Shown: positions 9,356-18,741, counted from the first letter of the stretch. The stretch: DNA of 28,484 nt from a bacterium (GCA_046757025.1 JBHHXN010000055.1:1-28484); one strand, 5' to 3'. Notes: generated by a model from the letters alone, not told the origin. A program made the numbers and translations.

Positions 9356-9530
9356 GGGTTACATCCTGAGCGAAAGGTTTTTACTCCTCCCTCAATTGCA
9401 CAATACCATCAATTGAATTAAATAGGATCATCTTCCCACGCGGAATCGAAGGCCTCAGATAAATAGTTGAAAAAGTTATCATTATTTTGAAGAAAAAACA
9501 AGGAATGTTACAATTAATTCAACGAATAAT

Positions 9531-9962
9531 TCAACGGTTGACGTAAATGATCATGCGGGTGATATTACCGCCGTCGGAGACTTTTTTAAATTCGACCTCA
9601 TCGACCAGATTTTTGATCAAAAACATACCCCAGCCTCTAACATCATCACAGCCATTGATCTGATGTTCGATATTGGGATTTTTAGGCCGCTTTTTTAGTC
9701 CCTTGCCCTCATCCTTGACATCCACCTGCAGGCTTTTTTGACTCATCTTGAGTGTGACCATCACCATGGTGTCTTTTTTCAAACGATTTCCATGCTCCAT
9801 GGCGTTGGTACAAGCCTCTGAAATGGCGGTTTTTAAATCCTCGATTCGGCTTTGATGAAATCCCATGAGCCTGGCCACCGCGGCAGCGGAATCCATCGCC
9901 ACCTTTTCGTAGCCCAAAATAGATGGGATATGCACTTCGATATAGGTTGGTTTTGCAGCCAT
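9531..9962 (-). CDS. RsbW-like anti-sigma factor / serine kinase
   Basis: AISEACTNAMEHG, DEGKG and RGWGMFLIKNLVDEV motifs of the HATPase_c_2 family. Confidence 0.9.
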   Translation of the reverse strand: MAAKPTYIEVHIPSILGYEKVAMDSAAAVARLMGFHQSRIEDLKTAISEACTNAMEHGNRLKKDTMVMVTLKMSQKSLQVDVKDEGKGLKKRPKNPNIEHQINGCDDVRGWGMFLIKNLVDEVEFKKVSDGGNITRMIIYVNR

Positions 9963-9978
9963 AAGAATCGATTAATTT

Positions 9979-11490
9979 TTATATTATTTTTACAATAACC
10001 AGGGTAACGTCATCGTGAAAATTATTATCCTCACTGTACGCCTGCATGTCTGCCACCAGTTGCTCCACCATTTCTGTTGGTGATAAGCCGGCATGTTTGC
10101 TGATGGATGCAGCAAAACGTTCAAAGCCATAAGTCGCGGAATGACCGTTCATGGCATCCACGATGCCGTCGGTGTAAAAGATCAGGATATCGCCTTGCTG
10201 CATGTCAAAAGATAATTGCTCGTAGATGGTGGAGCGTACGATGCCCAGCGGAAAGCGATCGCTTTTTTCGGCTTGCGGCAAGAATGAAACCTGGCCGTCG
10301 CGCCAGATAAAGGGCATGGTTTGCCCCGCATTGGTATAAAGCAATTTGTACATCCGCGGATCGATGATGCCATAAAAAAGTGCTACAAACATGTGCGATT
10401 GCATATCTTTACTCAAGCGGTTATTCACCATATCCAGAACATCATCGGTGTGGCCTTTTTCTTCGGCAGCAAAGCGCACGGCGCTCATGGCTGCGGTCAT
10501 GACCATGGCGGCGGAAACGCCATGCCCGGAAACATCTCCCACCACGATGCCGAGTTTGCCGTCTTCAATTCCGAGGAAATCATAAAAATCGCCGCCCACT
10601 TCTTTGGCAGGTATGGATTTGGCGCTAATCTGCAAGCCGGCAATCTCCGGAAAGGTTTTCGGCAGCATTTGCGACTGCATTTCTCGTGCCACATTAAACT
10701 CATGCCACATGCGGGCATTTTCCCGCAATGAATGCACCATCTGCTCAAAGGATTGCGCCAGGATGCCGATTTCGTCATTCGATTTGTAATCGATGGAAAT
10801 GTCCCAGTTGCCCCTGGCCACCTCTCGGGTACTTTCCGTCAATCTTTGTACCGGTTTAAACATCTGGCGAATAATGAAATAGACCATGAGGATGCCCACA
10901 AAAATCACCAGCAGCACCACTTTGAGCGCGGTATTTTTCACTTCGTCCCGGCTGGCATAGACATCCTTTTCATAACCGGTGGCCAGAATGACCCAGTTCC
11001 AGGGTTTGAAATATTTAAAGTATCCGATCTTTTTTTCATTCTGCCGTCCCCGGGCTTCGGTTTGCTGGCGGTAGTAAGTGAAATTGCCGTAACCTTGTTT
11101 CAGCGAATCGTCCTGGGCGTCGATTTCATCGATGATGCCTTTGATGTGGGGAAAGCGAATATCATAATACAGCTTGGTGCCTACGTTGGACGGATGCACG
11201 ATCAGGATTCCCTTTTCATGGGCCGGCGTGTTCCCAAGCACCGAAATGTAACCGTCCTTCGAAACCTGAATTTCCGCTATTTTTTGTTTTAAATTTTGCG
11301 AAGGATTGGGAGACGATTTGTAATCGTGCTCACACAGAGAATAGGCATGCTCGGTTTTGGCTTTGATCAACTCTTTGGCCAATTTTTTGATCTCATTCTG
11401 GGAGGTGCGATAGCCCAAATACCCAGCAAACGCCACGGTGACGATAATGGTAAAGGTGACGATAAAAATGAGTTTGAGTTTAAGCGTCAT
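9979..11490 (-). CDS. Membrane sensor PP2C phosphatase (Cache-HAMP-SpoIIE, RsbU-like)
   Basis: Two TM helices around a Cache-like domain (LIVHP, YFKPWNWVI); HAMP (DEIGILAQSFEQM); SpoIIE motifs VGGDFYD, GDVSGHG, YTDGI, DDVT. Confidence 0.93.
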   Translation of the reverse strand: MTLKLKLIFIVTFTIIVTVAFAGYLGYRTSQNEIKKLAKELIKAKTEHAYSLCEHDYKSSPNPSQNLKQKIAEIQVSKDGYISVLGNTPAHEKGILIVHPSNVGTKLYYDIRFPHIKGIIDEIDAQDDSLKQGYGNFTYYRQQTEARGRQNEKKIGYFKYFKPWNWVILATGYEKDVYASRDEVKNTALKVVLLVIFVGILMVYFIIRQMFKPVQRLTESTREVARGNWDISIDYKSNDEIGILAQSFEQMVHSLRENARMWHEFNVAREMQSQMLPKTFPEIAGLQISAKSIPAKEVGGDFYDFLGIEDGKLGIVVGDVSGHGVSAAMVMTAAMSAVRFAAEEKGHTDDVLDMVNNRLSKDMQSHMFVALFYGIIDPRMYKLLYTNAGQTMPFIWRDGQVSFLPQAEKSDRFPLGIVRSTIYEQLSFDMQQGDILIFYTDGIVDAMNGHSATYGFERFAASISKHAGLSPTEMVEQLVADMQAYSEDNNFHDDVTLVIVKII

Positions 11491-11500
11491 CCGGTTTAGC

Positions 11501-13054
11501 TCAAGTTTGAGATAACGGTCGAATCCCCAGCCTGTCCAGTTTTTTCTGCAACCCCAGACGGCTGATGCCGAGCTTCCGCGCTACCTGACTTTTGTTCCAA
11601 TGATACTTCTCCAGGGCTTCCTGAATCAAATGCCGTTCCAGTTTATCGATAGCGCCTCGTAAAGAATCGGCGTTCATGGCGTTGGGCAGCTCGATGGCCG
11701 GCGCCGTTTGATAGATTTTCGGAGAGAGATCTTCCGGCTGGATGAGGGCGCCTTCTCCGGCCAGGGTGATGGCGCGCTCCACTTCGTTCTCTAATTCACG
11801 AATATTGCCCGGCCAGTCATATTCCATCATGATCTTTAATGCCCGGGTTGAGAAGCCTTTGATTTTCGTTTCAATAATCTCCTCGTACTTTTTTTGAAAA
11901 TGATTCACTAACAGCGGAATGTCATCCCGGCGCTTTCGAAGGGGCGGAATGTGTAGCTCCAGCACACTCAAACGAAAATAAAGATCCTCCCGAAATGTTT
12001 CCTTACGCATTTCCTGTTCCAAGTTTTTATTGGTAGCGACAATCACTCTCACATCCACAGATATTTCTTTTAAGCCCCCCACGCGCCGAAAGTTTCGTTC
12101 CTGCAGCACCCGCAAAATTTTCGCCTGGGAGCTTAACGGCATGTCGCCGATCTCATCGATAAATAAGGTTCCTCCGTCGGCCTGCTCAAAATAACCGATG
12201 TGCTTTCTGACGCCGGTGGCCACGCCGGCCTCGATGCCGAAAAGCTCCGATTCCACCAAGTTTTCCGGCATGGCGGTGCTGTTCACCGCCACAAACGCTT
12301 TGTCCTTGCGCGGGCTGAGATAATGGATGGATTTTGCCACCAGCTCCTTGCCGGTGCCGGTTTCACCGTAAATCAAAACATTGGTGGGACTTTTGGCGAC
12401 ATTTTTTATTTGCTGTAGAATTTTTTGTATGGCTTCGCTCTGGCCAATGATGCGCCCGCCTTCGTACTCCTTGAGCACTTCTTCGCGCAAGGCGATGTTC
12501 TCCAGCTGCAAGCGTTCCTTGGCGTCCTGAAGCTGCTCGTACAACTGCACGTTTTCCAGAGCCGTGGTGGTGTGAGTGGCCACCGCATCCAGCAGGGCGT
12601 GGTCTGCCTCGGTATAGTCTTCGCCGGACAATTTTTTTCCTAAAAACAAGCCGCCTAATATTCGGTCCCGGCCCAAACACTCTACCCAAACCGATTGCTC
12701 GGCAGTCAGTTCTCTTTTATTTTGCCGAGTGACATAATCCTGCACGATGGCTTTCTTTTTGTAGGCGTGTTTCGCATCAAAATTGGAACGCGCCAGCTCT
12801 TGTTCAAGGTCGGCATAAAGCTCGCTTCCGAAACCGCGGTCCGCCACCACCTTCCATTGGTGGTGATTGGAAGCATTCAGCGCCAGGCCGTACTCCACCC
12901 CAAACGTGCCCATTAAAATGTACAGCACTTCTTTGTAAATCTGCGCTCTCTCACGGCATTCGGTTAACGCATGCGCCACTTCGTATAGTGTTTGTAAATG
13001 AAAAACCCGGCGCTCCAGATCTTTTGCGGAAGGATGCATGTTTTTCATATTCAT
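11501..13054 (-). CDS. GAF-AAA+-HTH enhancer-binding protein (sigma54-activator family) with variant loop 1
   Basis: N-terminal GAF; GETGTGKE, ESELFG-IEA-GVATGV, LFIDE, FREDLYFRL, WPGNIREL, Fis-type HTH. Start uncertain (13060 TTG; 13054, 13048 or 13039 ATG). Confidence 0.92.
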   Translation of the reverse strand: MNMKNMHPSAKDLERRVFHLQTLYEVAHALTECRERAQIYKEVLYILMGTFGVEYGLALNASNHHQWKVVADRGFGSELYADLEQELARSNFDAKHAYKKKAIVQDYVTRQNKRELTAEQSVWVECLGRDRILGGLFLGKKLSGEDYTEADHALLDAVATHTTTALENVQLYEQLQDAKERLQLENIALREEVLKEYEGGRIIGQSEAIQKILQQIKNVAKSPTNVLIYGETGTGKELVAKSIHYLSPRKDKAFVAVNSTAMPENLVESELFGIEAGVATGVRKHIGYFEQADGGTLFIDEIGDMPLSSQAKILRVLQERNFRRVGGLKEISVDVRVIVATNKNLEQEMRKETFREDLYFRLSVLELHIPPLRKRRDDIPLLVNHFQKKYEEIIETKIKGFSTRALKIMMEYDWPGNIRELENEVERAITLAGEGALIQPEDLSPKIYQTAPAIELPNAMNADSLRGAIDKLERHLIQEALEKYHWNKSQVARKLGISRLGLQKKLDRLGIRPLSQT

Positions 13055-13231
13055 GTTCAAATCAATTAATGGGATTTACAGAACCTGCTATAACCAATAT
13101 TATGGCTTTCAAGTTCCGTAGAGTTTTTTTATACATCTTTTTTCGTTCTGACATTTTTCAAACGAGAAATCATGAATTAGAAAACTCTTTGATCTGGCTC
13201 GTATCCTGTAATATTAAATGGCGGCTAAATA

Positions 13232-13386
13232 ATGTCTGAACGAAAACGACTCTATCTTCCTGAAAGTCTCCTGTCCGAGGGTGAATTTCTGCTCAGCTCG
13301 GCGGGGCCTATCCTGAGCCTTGTCGAAGGGACGCCTTCGCGAAGAGGTATGTAAATCGCGCATTTCTCGAGTTTTCATTCAGACAC
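13232..13386. mobile_element. MITE-like element, family A copy 2
   Basis: TGTCTGAACGAAAAC / GTTTTCATTCAGACA inverted ends; TAAATA on both flanks (extendable to CTAAATAA); homologous to 2188-2343. Confidence 0.8.
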
Positions 13387-15107
13387 TAAATAAGGATTTC
13401 ATCGGCGTGCAACAGATCAGAAAATTGTTCATTTTTGATGGATTCCGAATTTTTGCGCGCGGCGGCCAAAGCGCTGACAATGTAACGATTGGCGATAAAT
13501 ATTTTGCGTTTGTTCGCTTCGGATTCTTCCAACAGTAAATAGCCTACGTAGAGGTAGCTATACATTTCCACTAGCTCTTTCGCGGCTACGTCCTGAAAAT
13601 GTTTATCCTTTTTATCCAAAACGAACTTCAAGCTGTCCAGAAACAGTTCGCGGATCTCTTTCAAATGATCCGCCAGTTTCTCGAGATTGCCTTTGTATAA
13701 TTTACTTTCTTTTTTGGTAAAATAATCCGCTAAAATATCGTTGACAACTGCGCCGATGGCCGCTACTATCTGCATTTGCGAAGTGCCTTCGTATATGTTG
13801 GTAATGCGGGCGTCTCGCACCAGGCGCTCAACGCTGAATTCCTTCATGTAGCCGGCGCCACCGTGAATCTGCAGAGCGTCGTAACAGATATGATTCGCCG
13901 ATTCGGTGAGCACGTATTTCGTCATGGGAGTGAGCAAAGCGGAAATTTTCGATATCTCCCTCAGACGGGCGTTTTCATCGGAAACCGGTTTTCCCAGCTC
14001 CTTCAATTCGTGAATGTGCTGCTCCAATTTGTGTTGCAGATCCACCCATTTCGACGTTGCGTAAAGAAGCGAACGGTTGCTCTCCAATGCCACGCGCATG
14101 TCGATGAGCATATTGGTGACCACTGGAATCTGGTAAATGGGTCGGCCAAATTGTTCCCGGGCTTTGGCATATTTCAGCGCTTCTTCATAAGCCGCCTGTG
14201 CGATGCCCAGCGCCTGAGCAGAAACCCCAAGGCGCGCGCCGTTCATCAAATCCATCACATATTTGATCAAACCGAATTTTCGTTTCCCCACCAATTGCGC
14301 CGGCGTGTCGTTAAATTGCAGCTCGCAGGTAGGCGAGCCGTGAATGCCCAATTTATGCTCGATTCTTCGGACTTTTACACTGTCATCGCCGTAGCAGACG
14401 AACAGACTCAATCCGCGACCGTCTTTGGTGCCCGCTTCGGATCGCGCCAAGACCAGCAAAATGTCGCCGCCGCCGTTGGTGATAAAACGCTTGACGCCGC
14501 GCAGCCGCCATTTGCCCGAGTCATCAAGATAGGCTTGCAGCTTCACCGCCTGCAAATCGGAGCCGGCATCCGGCTCGGTCAAAACCATGGCCCCGGTGCT
14601 TTTGCCGCTGGAAAATTTCGGTAAATATTCTGCCCGCTGGTCATCATCGCCAAATTTATGGATGGTTTCGGCGATATCCTGCAATCCAAACAGATTCATC
14701 AACGAGGCATCGGCTCGCGAAATCATCTCAATGGCCATCATGTAAATGGTGGCGGGGAAGTTGAGCCCGCCAAATTTTCGCGGCAAGGTCACCCCCATCA
14801 ACTCGGCCTGCGACAACTGCTCCAGCGCCTCCTGTGTGCCTCTGGCATAGCGCACCCGCCCGTTTTCGATAGCGGCTTCTTCAATATCGACTTCCCCAGC
14901 CCTGGGTGCCACAAAGTTACCGGCGATGTCGCCTACGATTTCTAACACTTTGCGATAATTATCCAGGGCGTCCTGATAGTCTTTCGGAGCATAATTATAT
15001 TCTTTCGCTTCCTCGAAATCATGTTCAGTTAACGCAACAATTTCTTCCAGATCCAAATAATCAAATTGAAAAAGCAGGTCCGGATTGTCAGTGAAAAAAT
15101 TTGGCAT
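13386..15107 (-). CDS. Acyl-CoA dehydrogenase (long form, ETF-linked)
   Basis: MVLTEPDAGSD, GVKRFITNG, KLGIHGSPT, MNGARL, REQFG, QIHGGAGY and IYEGTSQ motifs. Confidence 0.95.
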   Translation of the reverse strand: MPNFFTDNPDLLFQFDYLDLEEIVALTEHDFEEAKEYNYAPKDYQDALDNYRKVLEIVGDIAGNFVAPRAGEVDIEEAAIENGRVRYARGTQEALEQLSQAELMGVTLPRKFGGLNFPATIYMMAIEMISRADASLMNLFGLQDIAETIHKFGDDDQRAEYLPKFSSGKSTGAMVLTEPDAGSDLQAVKLQAYLDDSGKWRLRGVKRFITNGGGDILLVLARSEAGTKDGRGLSLFVCYGDDSVKVRRIEHKLGIHGSPTCELQFNDTPAQLVGKRKFGLIKYVMDLMNGARLGVSAQALGIAQAAYEEALKYAKAREQFGRPIYQIPVVTNMLIDMRVALESNRSLLYATSKWVDLQHKLEQHIHELKELGKPVSDENARLREISKISALLTPMTKYVLTESANHICYDALQIHGGAGYMKEFSVERLVRDARITNIYEGTSQMQIVAAIGAVVNDILADYFTKKESKLYKGNLEKLADHLKEIRELFLDSLKFVLDKKDKHFQDVAAKELVEMYSYLYVGYLLLEESEANKRKIFIANRYIVSALAAARKNSESIKNEQFSDLLHADEILI

Positions 15108-15120
15108 AATTTCCTCTGAA

Positions 15121-16140
15121 TTATTTTAACTTGTGTTTATAAACGTCGATAAATTTTGGAATCACTTCGACCGCGTCGCCCACGATGCCGTAATGGCAGA
15201 TGTCGAAAATGGGTGCTTCCGGGTCGGTGTTGATGGCGATGATCTTGTTGGAATCCTGCATGCCGGCGCGGTGCTGAATGGCGCCGGAGATGCCGCAGGC
15301 GATGTATAGCTTGGGGCGAACCGTCACGCCGGTTTGCCCAACCTGGCGATTGTGATCGATAAAGCCAGCGTCCACCGCCGCACGGCTGCCGGCCACTTCC
15401 CCGCCAAGCACATCTGCCAATTGATAAAGCAGATCGAATTTTTCTTTGCTGCCCATTCCGTAGCCCCCGGCCACGATGATGGGCGCAGCCTTCAAATTCA
15501 CTTTGTTTTCTTCCTGATGCCGTTCGATGATTTTGATGACGTCGTCCAGGTCATTTTTAATGTAAGGAATTTCGGTGATTTTGCCTTTTACCGGCGCGCT
15601 CAGAGGCGCCATCTCCATCACCCCTTCGCGCACGGTGGCCATTTGCACGGGATTGTCCGGCGTGATGATGGTGGCAATGATGTTGCCGCCAAAGGCCGGG
15701 CGAATTTGCAGCAAAAGCTGCGGATAATCCTGCTTCAGATAGGTCACGTCCGAAATTTGCAGATCCGTGCAGTCGGCGGTTAAACCACTTTTTGTAAATG
15801 ACGCCACTCGCGGCGCCAGGTCGCGCCCGATAAAGGTGGCGCCAAACAACACGATGCGCGGCCGGTGTTGGCTCACCAGCTCGCTCATGATGCGGCTGTA
15901 CGGCATGGTTTTATAGTCCTTCAAATCCGGATGGTCGATAAACAACACTTCGCGGGCGCCGAATTGAAAAGTTTTTTGCGCCACCGTTTGCATGTCATGC
16001 CCGATGACCACGGCTTTTAACGTCCCTTTCAGCTTCTCTGCTAACTTCCTGCCTTTGGAGAGCAGCTCAAAACTCACATCCGCGGGTTTTCCCGAACGCT
16101 GTTCCACAAAAACCCAGACTTCTTTCGATTCTTTTTTCAT
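15121..16140 (-). CDS. etfA: Electron transfer flavoprotein alpha subunit
   Basis: GLTADCT, RPAFGG, SRAAVDAG, QVGQTG, GISGAIQH and AINTDPEAPIF. Confidence 0.96.
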   Translation of the reverse strand: MKKESKEVWVFVEQRSGKPADVSFELLSKGRKLAEKLKGTLKAVVIGHDMQTVAQKTFQFGAREVLFIDHPDLKDYKTMPYSRIMSELVSQHRPRIVLFGATFIGRDLAPRVASFTKSGLTADCTDLQISDVTYLKQDYPQLLLQIRPAFGGNIIATIITPDNPVQMATVREGVMEMAPLSAPVKGKITEIPYIKNDLDDVIKIIERHQEENKVNLKAAPIIVAGGYGMGSKEKFDLLYQLADVLGGEVAGSRAAVDAGFIDHNRQVGQTGVTVRPKLYIACGISGAIQHRAGMQDSNKIIAINTDPEAPIFDICHYGIVGDAVEVIPKFIDVYKHKLK

Positions 16141-16159
16141 ACCTTGCCTTTACCCTCAT

Positions 16160-17050
16160 TTAACCAAAAATATGATCTTCCATTAACCGGTCCACTAAGT
16201 AATTGAGACCATCCTTGCTAGCGTCGATTTTTTCGTGCTCGCTGCCCGCCAGCACCACCGACTCCACTTTGTGTACTTTTGTGGGGGAACCTTTGATGCC
16301 GCATCGTTCGGCGTCGATTTCCAGATCGTCGACGGTGTACGTGGGGATGTACAAATTATTTTCCTGATATTCATGCACCAGATCGTCGATGTAAAGGAGC
16401 GAGTTTGCTTCGGTCATTTTTTCTAGCTCCAGCAGCGTACGCGTATTTTTGTACGCCATCACGCGTTTGGCTTTAAACGGTCTGGGGATGGCGGCGTCTT
16501 TGATCACCGTGATGAGCACGGGAATCGCGCACTCCAGAATCTCGTGTCCGCCATCGATCTTTCTTTTAATGGTGATTTTGTTTTTCTTTAAATCGATGAT
16601 TTCTTCGGCATACGTTACTTGCGGTAAGCCCAACTTCTCTGCGGTCTGCGGCCCCACCTGCGCGGTGTCGCCATCGATGGCCTGGCGTCCGCCAAAAATA
16701 AAATCGTACTGGCCGATTTTTTTGATGGCCTCGCTCAAAACGTACGAGGTTGCCAGGGTGTCGGCGCCCGCGAATTTGCGGTCGCTGATCAAAACCGCAT
16801 CGTCGGCACCCATGTAGAGACACTCGCGCAGCATATCGGACGCCTTTGGCGGGCCCATGGTCACGACCTTGACTTTGCCGCCATAGCGATCCCGTACCTG
16901 CAACGCCAGCTCCAGGGCCACCTTATCTTCGGGATTGAAAATGGCCGGCAGCTTGTTGCGGTTAACCGTGCCATCCTCTCGCATCACCTGACCGGATATA
17001 TTCGCCGTATCCGGTACCTGTTTCACTAACACGATAGAATTATAGCTCAT
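16160..17050 (-). CDS. etfB: Electron transfer flavoprotein beta subunit
   Basis: VKQVPD, NPED, TMGPP, FAGADTLAT, GRQAIDGDTAQVGP and GSPTKV. Confidence 0.96.
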   Translation of the reverse strand: MSYNSIVLVKQVPDTANISGQVMREDGTVNRNKLPAIFNPEDKVALELALQVRDRYGGKVKVVTMGPPKASDMLRECLYMGADDAVLISDRKFAGADTLATSYVLSEAIKKIGQYDFIFGGRQAIDGDTAQVGPQTAEKLGLPQVTYAEEIIDLKKNKITIKRKIDGGHEILECAIPVLITVIKDAAIPRPFKAKRVMAYKNTRTLLELEKMTEANSLLYIDDLVHEYQENNLYIPTYTVDDLEIDAERCGIKGSPTKVHKVESVVLAGSEHEKIDASKDGLNYLVDRLMEDHIFG

Positions 17051-17108
17051 TTCTCCCTCTGTTAAAAATTAATTATCCGTTCACTTTGCTGGGTAATATC
17101 CTGATTTA

Positions 17109-17169
17109 TTAGGCGCTTAGCGCCGTACATCGGCTAAGTTTTGTCGATATGTTTAAGCGACTAAACTCG
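17109..17169. repeat. 61-bp imperfect hairpin repeat, copy 1
   Basis: 49/61 identical without gaps to 18681-18741; ends TTAGGCGCTT / AAGCGACTAA. Confidence 0.8.
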
Positions 17170-17212
17170 CATATTGAAACCCATTTGCGGAATATGGGTT
17201 GCATACGATTCT

Positions 17213-17426
17213 GTGCCTGAACGAAACGTCTCATTTTGAGGGAGCCCGCGACCGAAGAATCTTTTCCTACGGTGTCTATATGTTCAGAAAATGAAACCTG
17301 TGCACGAATTTACCACTTTGGCATGTTCCCAAATTGGCTAGCATGAGATTCTTCGTCATGGAATTTATCATGAGCATATCGAAGGACGCCTCAAAATGAC
17401 AAAATGGGGAGTTTTCGTTTAAACAC
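17213..17426. mobile_element. MITE-like element, family A copy 3, with different internal cargo
   Basis: Ends GTGCCTGAACGAAAC / GTTTTCGTTTAAACAC; inside, a REP doublet TCATTTTGAG..CGAAGAATCT / AGATTCTTCG..CTCAAAATGAC; flanks GATTCT/GATTGA. Confidence 0.7.
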
Positions 17427-17440
17427 GATTGAATTTACAC

Positions 17441-17650
17441 TCATTCATCCAGCGTAAAACCGATTTTCACGGTGACTTGCCAGTGCATGACCCTTCCCTC
17501 TTTAATGCTTCCGCGCGTTTCTACCACCTGGAACCAACCCATCTTTCGAATGGTTTTGGATGCACGATTCAGGGCATTTTGCACCGCATCTTCGATGCTG
17601 GTAGTTGAGGTACCCGTCAATTCAATCATCTTGTACACGTGATCTTCCAT
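17441..17650 (-). CDS. Dodecin (flavin-binding protein)
   Basis: [11 protein letters not shown]...IEDAVQNA...WFQVVETRG...[17 protein letters not shown]. Confidence 0.95.
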   Translation of the reverse strand: MEDHVYKMIELTGTSTTSIEDAVQNALNRASKTIRKMGWFQVVETRGSIKEGRVMHWQVTVKIGFTLDE

Positions 17651-17714
17651 CTTGCCTCCATTTCATTAAAATAGTATAATCCAGCAAAAAAACCTCAAAC
17701 TTGTAACTTGCAAC

Positions 17715-18524
17715 TTACCCCGTAATATCCTCTCCCCCATCCACACGAATGACGTTGCCTGTCATCCAGTAGTTTTCCTCTTGAGCTAAAACCGCGATGG
17801 CTTTGGCCACGTCCACCGGGGTAGTCAAGCGTCCGGAGGGATTGTTCTTCTTTGCCGTGGCCACCATCTCCTCGTGACCGGGTATTTTACGCAGAGCGGG
17901 TGTGTCAGTGACACCGGCTTGTATGGCATTCACGGTGATGCCGTAAGGCGCTAATTCCAGTGCGAGCTGTCGGGTGTGGGATTCCAACGCTGCTTTTGCT
18001 GCTGAAACCGCGCCATACGCCGGCCAGACTCGCCGGCTGCCGGAGCTGGTCATGGAAAAGATGCGGCCTCCTTTGCGCATGAGATCGCGAAAGATCAGAT
18101 CCTGTGCCCAGTGCACCAGGCTGTTGGCCATCACCTCCAGCGTCATATCGATTTGTGCACGGGTGATGGCTTCCTGAGGCTCCTCCGGAACAAATCGTTT
18201 CAAAGCACCGAATGCCAACGAATGCAGCAACACCCGGACCTGGGAATTGGCGCCACTTTTTTCCAGCTCATCTTTCATCTGGTTCAATGCCGACTTTCGC
18301 TGATACGGGTCCGAAGCGTTTATATTAAAAAACAGCGCCTGACGATCGTGTGATTTGATTTCGTTGATAATTTTCTCAGCATTGGGTAAGGTGGCTTTTC
18401 GATCCAGGTGAACACCGAAAATGTGAAAGCCGTGTTTCGCCAATTCAATGGCCGCGGCACCGCCAAATCCGCTGGAAGCACCCAGAATTAACGCCCAATG
18501 GTTTGTTGGTGATGAATTCCCCAA
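17715..18524 (-). CDS. SDR oxidoreductase, FabL-like enoyl-ACP reductase
   Basis: GASSGFG Rossmann motif, YGAVSAAK catalytic motif, AGVTDTPAL, TGNVIRVDGG; AGGAGG RBS before the TTG start. Confidence 0.85.
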   Translation of the reverse strand: MGNSSPTNHWALILGASSGFGGAAAIELAKHGFHIFGVHLDRKATLPNAEKIINEIKSHDRQALFFNINASDPYQRKSALNQMKDELEKSGANSQVRVLLHSLAFGALKRFVPEEPQEAITRAQIDMTLEVMANSLVHWAQDLIFRDLMRKGGRIFSMTSSGSRRVWPAYGAVSAAKAALESHTRQLALELAPYGITVNAIQAGVTDTPALRKIPGHEEMVATAKKNNPSGRLTTPVDVAKAIAVLAQEENYWMTGNVIRVDGGEDITG

Positions 18525-18562
18525 AATCCCTCCTGTATATAAAATGGGTAGTTTATCTACAA

Positions 18563-18581
18563 TTGTAAACTATGTTTACAA
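18563..18581. promoter_or_regulatory. Candidate repressor operator
   Basis: Perfect palindrome TTGTAAAC-TAT-GTTTACAA between the promoter and the RBS of the SDR gene. Confidence 0.55.
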
Positions 18582-18593
18582 AAATAAGGCTTA

Positions 18594-18622
18594 ATAATAA
18601 CGACCTTTTACGAAAATGTCAA
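18594..18622 (-). promoter_or_regulatory. Near-consensus sigma70 promoter of the SDR gene
   Basis: Minus strand TTGACA-N17-TATTAT. Confidence 0.75.
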
Positions 18623-18680
18623 GGAAATTTTAATGAAGATAGCGGTTAGAATTCTATAAAGGGGGTGTGGTGAGAGATTC

Positions 18681-18741
18681 TTAGGCGTTTAGTCCAGTAC
18701 ATCGACAAAGTTTTGTCAAAATATTGAAACGTCTAAACTCG
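18681..18741. repeat. 61-bp imperfect hairpin repeat, copy 2
   Basis: Homologous to 17109-17169; ends TTAGGCGTTT / AAACGTCTAA. Confidence 0.8.

Noticed and set aside
17109..18741. 61-bp repeats as integron attC sites
   Set aside because: End motifs are not in RYYYAAC...GTTRRRY order, the flanking genes are housekeeping, and no integrase is present.
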